This document shows, in pieces, positions 20,120 through 28,391 of a stretch of 64,000 nucleotides of DNA; positions within the stretch are counted from its first letter, which is position 1; the number at the start of each line of letters is the position of its first letter. Source of the stretch: Deltaproteobacteria bacterium (GTDB taxonomy: Bacteria > SAR324 > JACQKK01); assembly GCA_029858505.1 (NCBI GenBank), contig JAOUEW010000005.1, positions 42,880 to 106,879 on the forward strand. Reading direction: 5' to 3'. The notes beneath the pieces are model-generated. The model was not told where the DNA came from. It worked only from the letters and a program-made list of their open reading frames with translations, and did no database searches. The translations under genes and the position numbers were made by a program.

Positions 20120-21129
20120 GCTTGGCCATCGACACCACCTTTGATGACACCTCGGTGGCCCTGCTGCGGGGCACCCGCCAGGTGTTAAGCAACAAAACCC
20201 TGTCTCAGTACAAAGACCACGAGGCCTTTGGAGGGGTGATCCCCGAGCGGGCCAGCCGCCGCCACCTGGAGGTGATTCACCCCCTGATTCAAGACGCCCT
20301 GAAGGAAGGAGGCGCGGCGTTTGACCAGTTAGACTGGATCGCCGTGTCTCACAAACCAGGGCTGCTGGGGTCCATTCTGGTGGGGCTGACCGTGGCCAAA
20401 AGCTTGGCCTTTCTGCTGAACCGCCCCCTCATCGGCATTAACCACATCGAGGCCCACCCCTACGCCAATTTTCTGGGCAACAGCCCCCTGGCCCAGGCCC
20501 TGGCCAATGGCCAAAACCCCTTCCCTCTGCTGCACTTGGTGGCGGCAGGGGGCCACACCCTGCTCATTTATCAGCGCGATCATTTTCAGTGGGAAATCGT
20601 GGGCCGCAGCCTAGACGACGCCGCTGGCGAATGCGTAGACAAAGCCGCCAAGATGTTTGGCCACCCCATGCCTGGGGGGCCGGTGGTGGACCGGCTGGCC
20701 ATGGCCCACCCGCCGGGAGACGTGGCCTTCCCCCGGCCACTGCTGAACGACCCAGGGCTGGATTTCTCCTTTAGCGGGTTGAAGACCGCCCTGCGCTATC
20801 ACCTGGAGGCCCACCCCCAGGCCCCGGAAGGGCCCACCCTGGCCGCCTACTTTCAGGCGGTGTGCGATGTGCTAACGGCCAAAACCCTGCGGGCGGCCCG
20901 GCGGCTGAAGGTGGAGCGAATCACGTTGTCGGGGGGGTTGTGCGCCAGCCAAAAACTGCGGGAGGAATTCCGCCGGGCGGCAGATCAAGAAGGGTTGGAA
21001 TTGTTTGTGCCGCCCCCGGCCCTGTGCACCGACAACGCCGCCATGGTGGCCTGCCTGGGGGCCTTTCGCCACCAAGCGGGGCGGCACGACAGCCTGGCCC
21101 TGGACGGCGAGTCAAATCTGTTGGGATAG
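20107..21129 (+). CDS. tsaD: tRNA N6-adenosine threonylcarbamoyltransferase TsaD
   Basis: GGVIPERASRRH, NHIEAH, GGHT, DDAAGE, FSFSGLKT, CTDNAAM. Confidence 0.93.
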   Translation: METLGLAIDTTFDDTSVALLRGTRQVLSNKTLSQYKDHEAFGGVIPERASRRHLEVIHPLIQDALKEGGAAFDQLDWIAVSHKPGLLGSILVGLTVAKSLAFLLNRPLIGINHIEAHPYANFLGNSPLAQALANGQNPFPLLHLVAAGGHTLLIYQRDHFQWEIVGRSLDDAAGECVDKAAKMFGHPMPGGPVVDRLAMAHPPGDVAFPRPLLNDPGLDFSFSGLKTALRYHLEAHPQAPEGPTLAAYFQAVCDVLTAKTLRAARRLKVERITLSGGLCASQKLREEFRRAADQEGLELFVPPPALCTDNAAMVACLGAFRHQAGRHDSLALDGESNLLG

Positions 21130-21147
21130 ATCAACACACGCCCGGCC

Positions 21148-21512
21148 CACAGCACCCCGCTACTCGAATCCATCGGCTCATTCCGAACAGCACCCCTCCC
21201 TGGCGGCTGCGCCGCCTGTCCCTCCCCATTCGGAGAGGGACAATACGGCTTAGGCCGAGGGGTGGAGATAGAACCCGTTTGGATGAGGGGACTGGAAGGA
21301 TAAAAACAAATCACTTTTCGGATGCGAATGATTTCCCGAACAGCACCCCTCCCTGGCGGCTGCGCCGCCTGTCCCTCCCCATTCGGAGAGGGACAATACG
21401 GCTTAGGCCGAGGGGTGGAGATAGAACCCGTTTGGATGAGGGGACTGGAAGGATAAAAACAGATCACTTTTCGACTTCGATTTACTTTCCCCTCCACGAA
21501 GGGGAGGGGAGG
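21148..21512. repeat. REP/REPIN-like tandem (head B plus linker twice, 153-bp period, then inverted head A)
   Basis: 21183-21320 repeated at 21336-21473; TTTCCCCTCCACGAAGGGGAGGGGA at about 21487-21510; between convergent tsaD and gcvH. Confidence 0.9.
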
Positions 21513-21576
21513 GGTCTTGTTCGGATGCGCGCAGGGGGAAGAAGAGGGATACGGTTAGAAAGAATTGAACCCGGAA

Positions 21577-21963
21577 TTAATGTCCACCCGCGTCGAGATA
21601 GGCTTGATACTGGGCGGCGTCCATCAACTGGTCCAGTTCTTTGGGGTCGCTCAACTCCAGGGCAAAAATCCAGCCCTCGCCAAAGGGGGCTTCGTTCACT
21701 TTTTCCGGGGCCTCGGTAAGGGCGGTGTTGATTTCGGTCACCGTTCCGCTGGCTGGGGCGTACAGGTCCGACACCGACTTCACGCTCTCCAGTTCCGCCG
21801 CCGATTCTCCCGCGGATACTTTTTTGCCCACTTCGGGCAGTTCCACGAACACGATGTCGGTCAATTGTTCTTGGGCGTAATGGGTAATGCCCACCCGGGC
21901 GGTCTTGCCCCCCACCTGGATCCATTCGTGCTGCTTGGTGTATTTCCGATCGTTGGGATTCAT
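21577..21963 (-). CDS. gcvH: Glycine cleavage system H protein (lipoyl carrier)
   Basis: YTKQHEW, VGITHYAQEQL, lipoyl-lysine motif ESVKSVSD, PFGEGWI. Confidence 0.96.
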   Translation of the reverse strand: MNPNDRKYTKQHEWIQVGGKTARVGITHYAQEQLTDIVFVELPEVGKKVSAGESAAELESVKSVSDLYAPASGTVTEINTALTEAPEKVNEAPFGEGWIFALELSDPKELDQLMDAAQYQAYLDAGGH

Positions 21964-22020
21964 GCCCGTGAACGCTCTAAAGAAAGTTTGAAATTCGGGG
22001 TATCCCCCGCCATTACCCGC

Positions 22021-23250
22021 TTACACCCGCTTGAACACCAGGGTGGCGTTGGTTCCACCAAAGCCGAAAGAGTTGCTCATCACCACGTTCAGTTTGCGCT
22101 CTTTGGCCTTGTTGGGGGTCACGTCCAGGTCGCACTCTGGGTCCAGGTTGTCCACGTTGATGGTGGGAGGCACCAGGTTGTGCTGCATCGACTTCAAGCT
22201 GACCACGGCCTCCAGGGCCCCGGCGGCACCCAACAGGTGGCCAGACATCGACTTGGAGGAACTGATGGAGACTTTCTTGGCGGCGTCTCCCATCAGCATT
22301 TTCATGGCCTTCAGTTCGTTGATGTCTCCCACCGGGGTAGACGTGCCATGGGCGTTCACGTAGTCCACCTGGTCCGCGTTCACTCCGGCGTCATCCAGGG
22401 CCATCTTCATGGCCCTCAACGGGCCGTCGGTGGTGGGGGAGGTAATGTGGTTGGCGTCGGAGCTAAAGCCATAGCCCGCCAGTTCTCCGTAAATTTTGGC
22501 CCCACGGGCCTTGGCGAATTCGTATTCTTCCAAAATCAAAATGCCAGCGCCTTCTCCCAGCACAAAGCCGTCGCGGTCGCGGTCGTAGGGGCGGCTGGCT
22601 TTGGCGGGTTCATCGTTGCGTTGAGACAGGGCCTTCATGGCGGAAAACCCGCCAATGGCCAGGGGGCACACCACGGCTTCAGCCCCCCCCACAATCATCA
22701 CGGTGGCGTCGCCCCGCTCGATAATGCGGGCGGCGTCGCCGATGGAGTGGTTGGAGGACGAGCAGGCGCTCACCGTAGAGGTGGTGTAGCCCTTGCAGTT
22801 ATACATGATGGAAATGTAACCAGAGGCCATGTTGGAAATAACCATGGGAATGAAGAACGGGGTGATCCTCCGGGGGCCGCTCTCCAGCAACACGGTGTGA
22901 TATTTCTCGATCGACATCAGCCCGCCGATGCCAATGCCCACGCTCACGCCCACCTTGGGGGCCAATTCATCGGAGATGGTGAGGTTGGCGTCTTTCAGGG
23001 CTTGGTCCGCCGCCACGATGGCGTAATGGATGAACTCATCCATCTTCTTCAATTCCTTGGGGTCAATCACCCCGGTGGTGTCAAATCCCTTCACCTCACC
23101 GGCAATCTGGCTGCGGTAATCGGTGGCATCGAATTTGGTGATGCGGGTGATGCCGCTTTTTCCGTGAGAGATGCCGTCCCAAGTGGCATCCACGGTATTG
23201 CCCAGGGGAGAAATACACCCCAAGCCGGTCACGACGATCCGTTTCTTCAT
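22021..23250 (-). CDS. fabF: Beta-ketoacyl-ACP synthase II
   Basis: SACSS, NAHGTST, GHLLGAAG, NSFGFGGTN. Confidence 0.97.
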   Translation of the reverse strand: MKKRIVVTGLGCISPLGNTVDATWDGISHGKSGITRITKFDATDYRSQIAGEVKGFDTTGVIDPKELKKMDEFIHYAIVAADQALKDANLTISDELAPKVGVSVGIGIGGLMSIEKYHTVLLESGPRRITPFFIPMVISNMASGYISIMYNCKGYTTSTVSACSSSNHSIGDAARIIERGDATVMIVGGAEAVVCPLAIGGFSAMKALSQRNDEPAKASRPYDRDRDGFVLGEGAGILILEEYEFAKARGAKIYGELAGYGFSSDANHITSPTTDGPLRAMKMALDDAGVNADQVDYVNAHGTSTPVGDINELKAMKMLMGDAAKKVSISSSKSMSGHLLGAAGALEAVVSLKSMQHNLVPPTINVDNLDPECDLDVTPNKAKERKLNVVMSNSFGFGGTNATLVFKRV

Positions 23251-23591
23251 GAAAGACCTTATCGGTTGGTATGGAGAAAATTGAGACGGGTGGATGCGGA
23301 AAAACCCGATTGGGGGCGTGCCTGCCGGTCCGTCAGCGTTGGGTTGTCGGCCCTGACCACCGTGTGATGCCTTACACGTTTTCCGTCCTCGCTGTACTGT
23401 GCTTGCCGTGATTGCTTTGCTGGCTCTGCCGAACGTTTCGTTTGAACAGGCTTTCCAAAACTGATTCGCCCGGTTTCCCCTCCCTGGGCCTGTTTTTTCC
23501 AGGAATAGCGGCCCAAGAATGGGCGCCCCCCATCATACCACGGGGGGCCCAGAACGCGGGGCACAGACATGCCAGCCCGGTTGAAAACCGG

Positions 23592-23822
23592 TTAGCGGTT
23601 TTCGTTGATGTAGTCGATGGCCGATTGCACGGTGGTGATTTTTTCGGCTTCGTCATCGGGAATTTCGATGCCAAACTCTTCTTCAAACGCCATCACCAAC
23701 TCCACGGTATCCAGGGAGTCGGCCCCCAGGTCGTCCACAAAATGGGAGGTGTTCTTGATTTCGCCCAATTCCACGTTCAATTGCTCGGCGATGATTTGTT
23801 TGACCTTGGCTTCGATTTCCAT
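23592..23822 (-). CDS. acpP: Acyl carrier protein
   Basis: [20 protein letters not shown]. Confidence 0.98.
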   Translation of the reverse strand: MEIEAKVKQIIAEQLNVELGEIKNTSHFVDDLGADSLDTVELVMAFEEEFGIEIPDDEAEKITTVQSAIDYINENR

Positions 23823-23933
23823 GACAAGCTCTCCTTAGGTTGAAAAACACCCGTTTTCCGGGTGGACATTGGCGGTTTTACCAGGCTTTTGTCAAATACG
23901 GGATGGCCCGGCGGATGTCAATAGGGGGATCGG

Positions 23934-24671
23934 TTAGTACATTCCACCATTGATATGCAAGGTGGTGCCGGTAATGTATCCGGCATCCTCACCTGCCAAA
24001 AAGCACACGGCCTTGGCAATTTCTTCGGCCCGGCCCATGCGCCCCAGGGGCACGTTGGCCAAAATGGCCTTGGTCTGCTCTTCGTTCAGTTCGGCGGTCA
24101 TGTCGGTTTCAATAAACCCGGGGGCCACGGCGTTGCAGGTAATGTTGCGCGAACCCACTTCCTTGGCCAAAGACTTGGTGAAACCGGTCATGGCGGCCTT
24201 GGCACTGGCGTAATTCACCTGGCCGGGGTTGCCGGTGTGCCCCACCACCGAGGTGATGTTGATGACCCGTCCCCAGCGTTGCTTCACCATGGTTTTAATC
24301 ACGGCCCGGGTGGTGTGGAACACGCCGTCCAGGTTCACCCCCATCACTTGGCGCCAGTCGTCTTCTTTCATCCGCATAAACAACTGATCGCGGGTAATTC
24401 CGGCGTTGTTCACCAGAATGTGCAGCCCCCCCAGGGTGGCCACGGTTTCCTCCACCGCTTTTTCCATGGCGGCAGGGTCCGACACGTCCGCGGGGAAATA
24501 CAGGCACTTACGGCCGGTTTTTTCCACCTCGGCCTGCACCGCCCGGCCCTGTTCTGGGGTGCGGTTGGTGAACGCCACGTTGGCGCCCGCCTTGGCCAGC
24601 TCCAGCAGAATGGCTTTGCCAATTCCCCGGCCCCCGCCAGTCACGAAGGCCACTTTGTTTTCCAAACTCAT
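23934..24671 (-). CDS. fabG: 3-oxoacyl-ACP reductase
   Basis: TGGGRGIG, NNAGITRD, YASAK, INGGMY; fab context. Confidence 0.96.
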   Translation of the reverse strand: MSLENKVAFVTGGGRGIGKAILLELAKAGANVAFTNRTPEQGRAVQAEVEKTGRKCLYFPADVSDPAAMEKAVEETVATLGGLHILVNNAGITRDQLFMRMKEDDWRQVMGVNLDGVFHTTRAVIKTMVKQRWGRVINITSVVGHTGNPGQVNYASAKAAMTGFTKSLAKEVGSRNITCNAVAPGFIETDMTAELNEEQTKAILANVPLGRMGRAEEIAKAVCFLAGEDAGYITGTTLHINGGMY

Positions 24672-24740
24672 CAGCGATTCGTCCCTTTTGAATGAACAAC
24701 CATCATTTATTCATAGCAATACAAGATATTCAAACCTAAC

Positions 24741-24826
24741 GAGACCTTTGCGTAACCTATTTTTTTCCATCCCCCTGCCCCCAATCCCTCTTTTCACGGC
24801 CAAAACTCTGGTGAGACAAAGGTCTC
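24741..24826. mobile_element. Putative 86-bp MITE or internally deleted IS
   Basis: Perfect 10-bp terminal inverted repeats GAGACCTTTG...CAAAGGTCTC, with AAC on both flanks. Confidence 0.5.
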
Positions 24827-24953
24827 AACTATTCAAAGATACTCATAACCAGCTTCATCTTGGCAAAGCGTGCGGCGGCGTTCGCAACACACCAATCTCT
24901 CGTTCAATCAAAATCCCGGCGCTAGGCAGAAACTTGACGCACGGGTGCATTCG

Positions 24954-25871
24954 CTACGAAAACAACGCCTTCAGCACCGCCTGCAGAGATTCATCATCCC
25001 CCACGTTATAGGTCGTGAGGGATTTGTCAATGCGCTTGTTCAGCCCGGCCAGCACCTTGCCGTGGCCCAGTTCCACCATGGTGGTGATGCCCTGGGCGGC
25101 CATGGCCCGCACCCCCGTGTCCCAGCGCACCGGGCTGGTGATCTGCTTCACCAGGGAGGGGAGGAAATCTCCCGCCCGATTGAGGAGGCGGTTGTCTACG
25201 TTCACCACCACCGGGCACTGGGCGTCTACAAACGAAATCCCCTTCAGCACGGCTTCCATGGCCTGGGCCGCTGGCGCCATGAGGGGCGAATGAAAGGGCG
25301 CGCTGACGGCCAACATTTTACCCTTGGCCCGGGCCAGCACCCGCTCCACCGCTTGGGTGTGCCCGGAAATCACGATTTGTCCGGGAGCGTTGAAGTTGGC
25401 GGGACCCACCACTTGGCCCTTGGCCTCTTCGGCGCACAGGGCTTCCAATTCGGGGCCTTCCATGCCCAACACCGCCGCCATGGCACCCACCCCCACCGGG
25501 GTGGCCTGCTGCATGAATTTCCCCCGTTGATGGACGGCCTTCACCGCGTCGGAGAAGGACAGCACCCCGGCCGCCACCAGGGCGGAGTATTCGCCCAGGC
25601 TGTGGCCCGCCACCATGCGGGGGGCCGCGTTGGCCGATTGGGCCAGCAGGCGCTGGGCAATCACCGACACGGTCAAAATGGCCGGTTGGGCGTTTTGGGT
25701 TAGGCCCAGGGTGTCTTCGGGCCCTTCCAGGCACAGGGTTTTCAGGTCAAACCCCAGGGCATCGTTGGCTTCGGCAAACAGGTCCCGGGCCAGGGGGTGG
25801 GCGTCTACAAACCCCTTGCCCATGCCCACCGCCTGAGAGCCCTGTCCGGGAAAAAGAAAGGCCAGAGTCAC
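24954..25871 (-). CDS. fabD: Malonyl-CoA:ACP transacylase
   Basis: FPGQGSQ, GHSLGEY, VSAPFHS. Confidence 0.97.
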   Translation of the reverse strand: MTLAFLFPGQGSQAVGMGKGFVDAHPLARDLFAEANDALGFDLKTLCLEGPEDTLGLTQNAQPAILTVSVIAQRLLAQSANAAPRMVAGHSLGEYSALVAAGVLSFSDAVKAVHQRGKFMQQATPVGVGAMAAVLGMEGPELEALCAEEAKGQVVGPANFNAPGQIVISGHTQAVERVLARAKGKMLAVSAPFHSPLMAPAAQAMEAVLKGISFVDAQCPVVVNVDNRLLNRAGDFLPSLVKQITSPVRWDTGVRAMAAQGITTMVELGHGKVLAGLNKRIDKSLTTYNVGDDESLQAVLKALFS

Positions 25872-25894
25872 GGGTGTTCCTTATGGGTGGCGGT

Positions 25895-26077
25895 TTAGTA
25901 GTTTTCGACCTGCACCACTTCTTTGCCTTTGAAGTGCCCGCACTTGGGGCACACCCGGTGCAAAAGAATGGCCTCCTGGCAGTTTCCGCACTTCACCAGG
26001 GAAGGCGCCTTTAGGGCGTGGTGGCTGCGGCGGGTGTTTTTCTTGCGCTTTGAAGTTCTATCCTGTGGTACGGCCAT
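25895..26077 (-). CDS. rpmF: 50S ribosomal protein L32 (zinc-ribbon type)
   Basis: MAVP..TSK..RRSH, CGNC, HRVCPKCG. Confidence 0.97.
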   Translation of the reverse strand: MAVPQDRTSKRKKNTRRSHHALKAPSLVKCGNCQEAILLHRVCPKCGHFKGKEVVQVENY

Positions 26078-26118
26078 GGTCCGGCTCCGGTGTGGAATGG
26101 TGAAAAAGAAAGTAAAAA

Positions 26119-26796
26119 CTATTCCGTTGGTTTCAGTAAATCTTTCAGCCCGGCAAAGGGGTGGTGGCTATCCTCGGCGGGGCAGCCGCAGGGGCCTTCG
26201 TTCAGGTTGTGCCCGCAGCGGGGGCAAAGCCCCTGGCAATCCTCACGGCAATGGCGTTGGGGCGGCAGGGCCAGCAGTATTTGCTCTTCCACCAACAGGT
26301 CCAGGTCCACCGTATCGCCAGAGAAAAACACCTGCTCCAGCTCTCCCGTTGTCCATTCGAATCCATCTAAATCTACGTTCAGCCCCCCGCTGGAATCTCC
26401 CCCCTCAAAATCCACGCGCCCCCCGATCACTCCCCCCCCCTTCCATTCTGCCCGGCCATGGTCCCCCAGGCTTGGTTCCCCTTTGGTATTTCCTTTGGCG
26501 TGTCCGGCGGGCCCCGGTTCGTGAATCAGTTCCACCGCCAGGGTGTCGGTCACTTCCACCCTCAAGGGGGCTAGGCAGCGGTCGCACAGGGCGGCGGGCT
26601 TGGCCCCCACGGTTCCTTCGGCGAAGATACGGTCGTCTCGCCGCCATAGGGTCAGGGTGCCCTCGGCTTGGCTGCCGGGCATACCGGCTGCGGGTTGGGG
26701 GCCGGTTAGTTCCACCAGCCGGGCCATAAGGGCTAGGTTAACCTTCACCTGCCAAGTGCGGGGGTCCACCCCAATTTGTGCCACCGGAATCTTCAC
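26119..26796 (-). CDS. yceD: DUF177/YceD family protein
   Basis: CDRCL, EQILLALP, CREDCQGLCPRCG; directly upstream of rpmF. Confidence 0.9.
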   Translation of the reverse strand: MKIPVAQIGVDPRTWQVKVNLALMARLVELTGPQPAAGMPGSQAEGTLTLWRRDDRIFAEGTVGAKPAALCDRCLAPLRVEVTDTLAVELIHEPGPAGHAKGNTKGEPSLGDHGRAEWKGGGVIGGRVDFEGGDSSGGLNVDLDGFEWTTGELEQVFFSGDTVDLDLLVEEQILLALPPQRHCREDCQGLCPRCGHNLNEGPCGCPAEDSHHPFAGLKDLLKPTE

Positions 26797-27047
26797 TGAA
26801 TTTTCACGGTATCTTTATTCCTGATGCGTCATGACAACACCCAGGCACACGACCCGGTTACACTGTAAAAAGTTTTTTTCATTACAGAGTCTTCGCTGTA
26901 ATGTTTTGAGGCTGTTGTTTCGTCACGGCAACCGGCAGGGCTTCACCCCTGATGCCCGTGAAACAGCCAGCAAAACGCTGAAAACACCGGAAACAATCAG
27001 GCTAAATTTTCGGGAGGGTCTTGTCAAGAAATCCTGTGGCTGGCGCT

Positions 27048-27320
27048 TCATGCCCGGACCAGGGTCCAAACCCCCACCGCCACAAACCCCACGCCCGCAA
27101 CCACGTGCAACGCGCGAGGATGCAGCCAGCGGGAAACCAAGTCTCCCGCCAGCACGCCCAGCCCCGCCGCCAACACCAACGCCATGGCGGCGGCTAAAAA
27201 CACCGTAATTTTCCCGTTTTCCTGGTCGGCGGAAAACAACAGGGTGGCCAGTTGGGTTTTATCCCCCAACTCGGCCAAAAACACCGTGGAAAGCACGGTA
27301 AAAAACAGTTTCATATCCAT
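27048..27320 (-). CDS. TMEM165/GDT1 (UPF0016) family half-size cation transporter
   Basis: FLAELGDKTQL motif, three TM segments, 90 aa. Confidence 0.9.
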   Translation of the reverse strand: MDMKLFFTVLSTVFLAELGDKTQLATLLFSADQENGKITVFLAAAMALVLAAGLGVLAGDLVSRWLHPRALHVVAGVGFVAVGVWTLVRA

Positions 27321-27323
27321 AGA

Positions 27324-27608
27324 TTAGTGGCGATTTCCGCGCTCTTGGCCCTTCCCTTTTCCCTTGGCGCCCTTGCCTTGCTTGTCTTCCTTGGCGCCCT
27401 TCTTTTCTTTCATATCCTTATGTTTTTCCTTCTCTTTTTTTCCTTTTTCATGACTATCGTCATCCTCATGATCGTCATGGTCGTCCATTTCTTCATGGGC
27501 GGCTTTGTCGTCGGCCCGCGCAGGAGACACCAGAGGTCCAGCGCCCAAGCCCAACACAAACGCCAGGGCCAAAGCAGAGATCCATTTCAACAGAGATTGA
27601 AGTTTCAT
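27324..27608 (-). CDS. Secreted His/Asp- then Lys-rich low-complexity protein
   Basis: Signal peptide ending PARA-DD; HEEMDDHDDHEDDDSHE tract, then a Lys/Gly tail; GAGG-like RBS. Confidence 0.7.
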   Translation of the reverse strand: MKLQSLLKWISALALAFVLGLGAGPLVSPARADDKAAHEEMDDHDDHEDDDSHEKGKKEKEKHKDMKEKKGAKEDKQGKGAKGKGKGQERGNRH

Positions 27609-27667
27609 ATTCTCGCCTCGGAAAAGGGGTGAACAGCCCAGGGGAAGTCAACATCCTATGTCTCATG

Positions 27668-27701
27668 AAAAAAACCCGGCGGGGTTTCCCTCGCCGGGTT
27701 T
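27668..27701 (-). terminator. Intrinsic terminator
   Basis: Minus strand CCCGGCGAGG-GAAA-CCCCGCCGGG followed by a T-run, just after the 27726 stop. Confidence 0.85.
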
Positions 27702-27725
27702 CTTCAAACACGCCCAAGAAAACTA

Positions 27726-27884
27726 CTACTTGGCGGGAGCGGCAGGAGCGGCAGGAGCGGCGGCAGGAGCGGCTTCTTTCTTAGGAGCGGCTTTCTTGCC
27801 TTTTTTGGCCATGGCGCCAGAGGCCATGGTCAAGCCAAACAGAACGGCGGTCAACAAAGCAACCAGCATGTTGGTGCGTTTCAT
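27726..27884 (-). CDS. Small secreted Lys/Ala/Pro-rich peptide (52 aa)
   Basis: MKRTNMLVALL..GAMA signal peptide, then KKGKKAAPKKEAAPAAAP..; GAGG RBS, double TAG stop, own terminator. Confidence 0.8.
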   Translation of the reverse strand: MKRTNMLVALLTAVLFGLTMASGAMAKKGKKAAPKKEAAPAAAPAAPAAPAK

Positions 27885-28045
27885 GTTTCCTCTTGTAGTG
27901 GAGTGTTGTTGAAAGGGCCCGGGCGAATTGGCCGGGTTAACAGTTATATTACCTATCCCTTCAAAAAAAACCAACGGAATAATTTTGAGGAGATGGTTTT
28001 TTAAACGCCTCGCCCTTGGATAGAGACCCCCCCCTCCATAACAAC

Positions 28046-28086
28046 AAAAAAACCCGGTGTGGTTTCCCACACCGGGTCTTTTTTTT
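28046..28086. terminator. Intrinsic terminator, potentially bidirectional
   Basis: Perfect 10-bp stem CCCGGTGTGG/CCACACCGGG, 4-nt loop, A-run and T-run on the flanks. Confidence 0.88.
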
Positions 28087-28101
28087 GCCCAGCCAAAACA
28101 A

Positions 28102-28290
28102 CTACTTCTTGGCGGGAGCGGCAGCAGGAGCAGCAGCAGGAGCGGCGGCAGGAGCAGCAGCAGGAGCAGCGGCGGCCTTGTCGTCTTTCTTGGCATCTTT
28201 CTTGGCTTTGTCGGCAGCCATGGCGCCAGTAGACAGGGTCAGACCAAACACAACGGCAGTCATCAAAGCAACCAGATTGGTGCGTTTCAT
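28102..28290 (-). CDS. Small secreted Lys/Ala/Pro-rich peptide (62 aa), paralog of 27726-27884
   Basis: MKRTNLVALM..GAMA signal peptide, then ADKAKKDAKKDDK and (AAAP)x5; own terminator. Confidence 0.8.
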   Translation of the reverse strand: MKRTNLVALMTAVVFGLTLSTGAMAADKAKKDAKKDDKAAAAPAAAPAAAPAAAPAAAPAKK

Positions 28291-28391
28291 GTGTATTCCC
28301 TTATGGTTTGATTGTGGTGTTTTTGACAGTTGGCTTCCAGGCGATGATCCGCTGGAGGCCATGGATATAATATCAAGCCCCCATAAAAACG

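Noticed and set aside
26903-26976. SRP RNA, 6S RNA or tRNA identity for the long hairpin
   Set aside because: No SRP helix-8 motif, too short for 6S, no cloverleaf; kept only as an unassigned structure.
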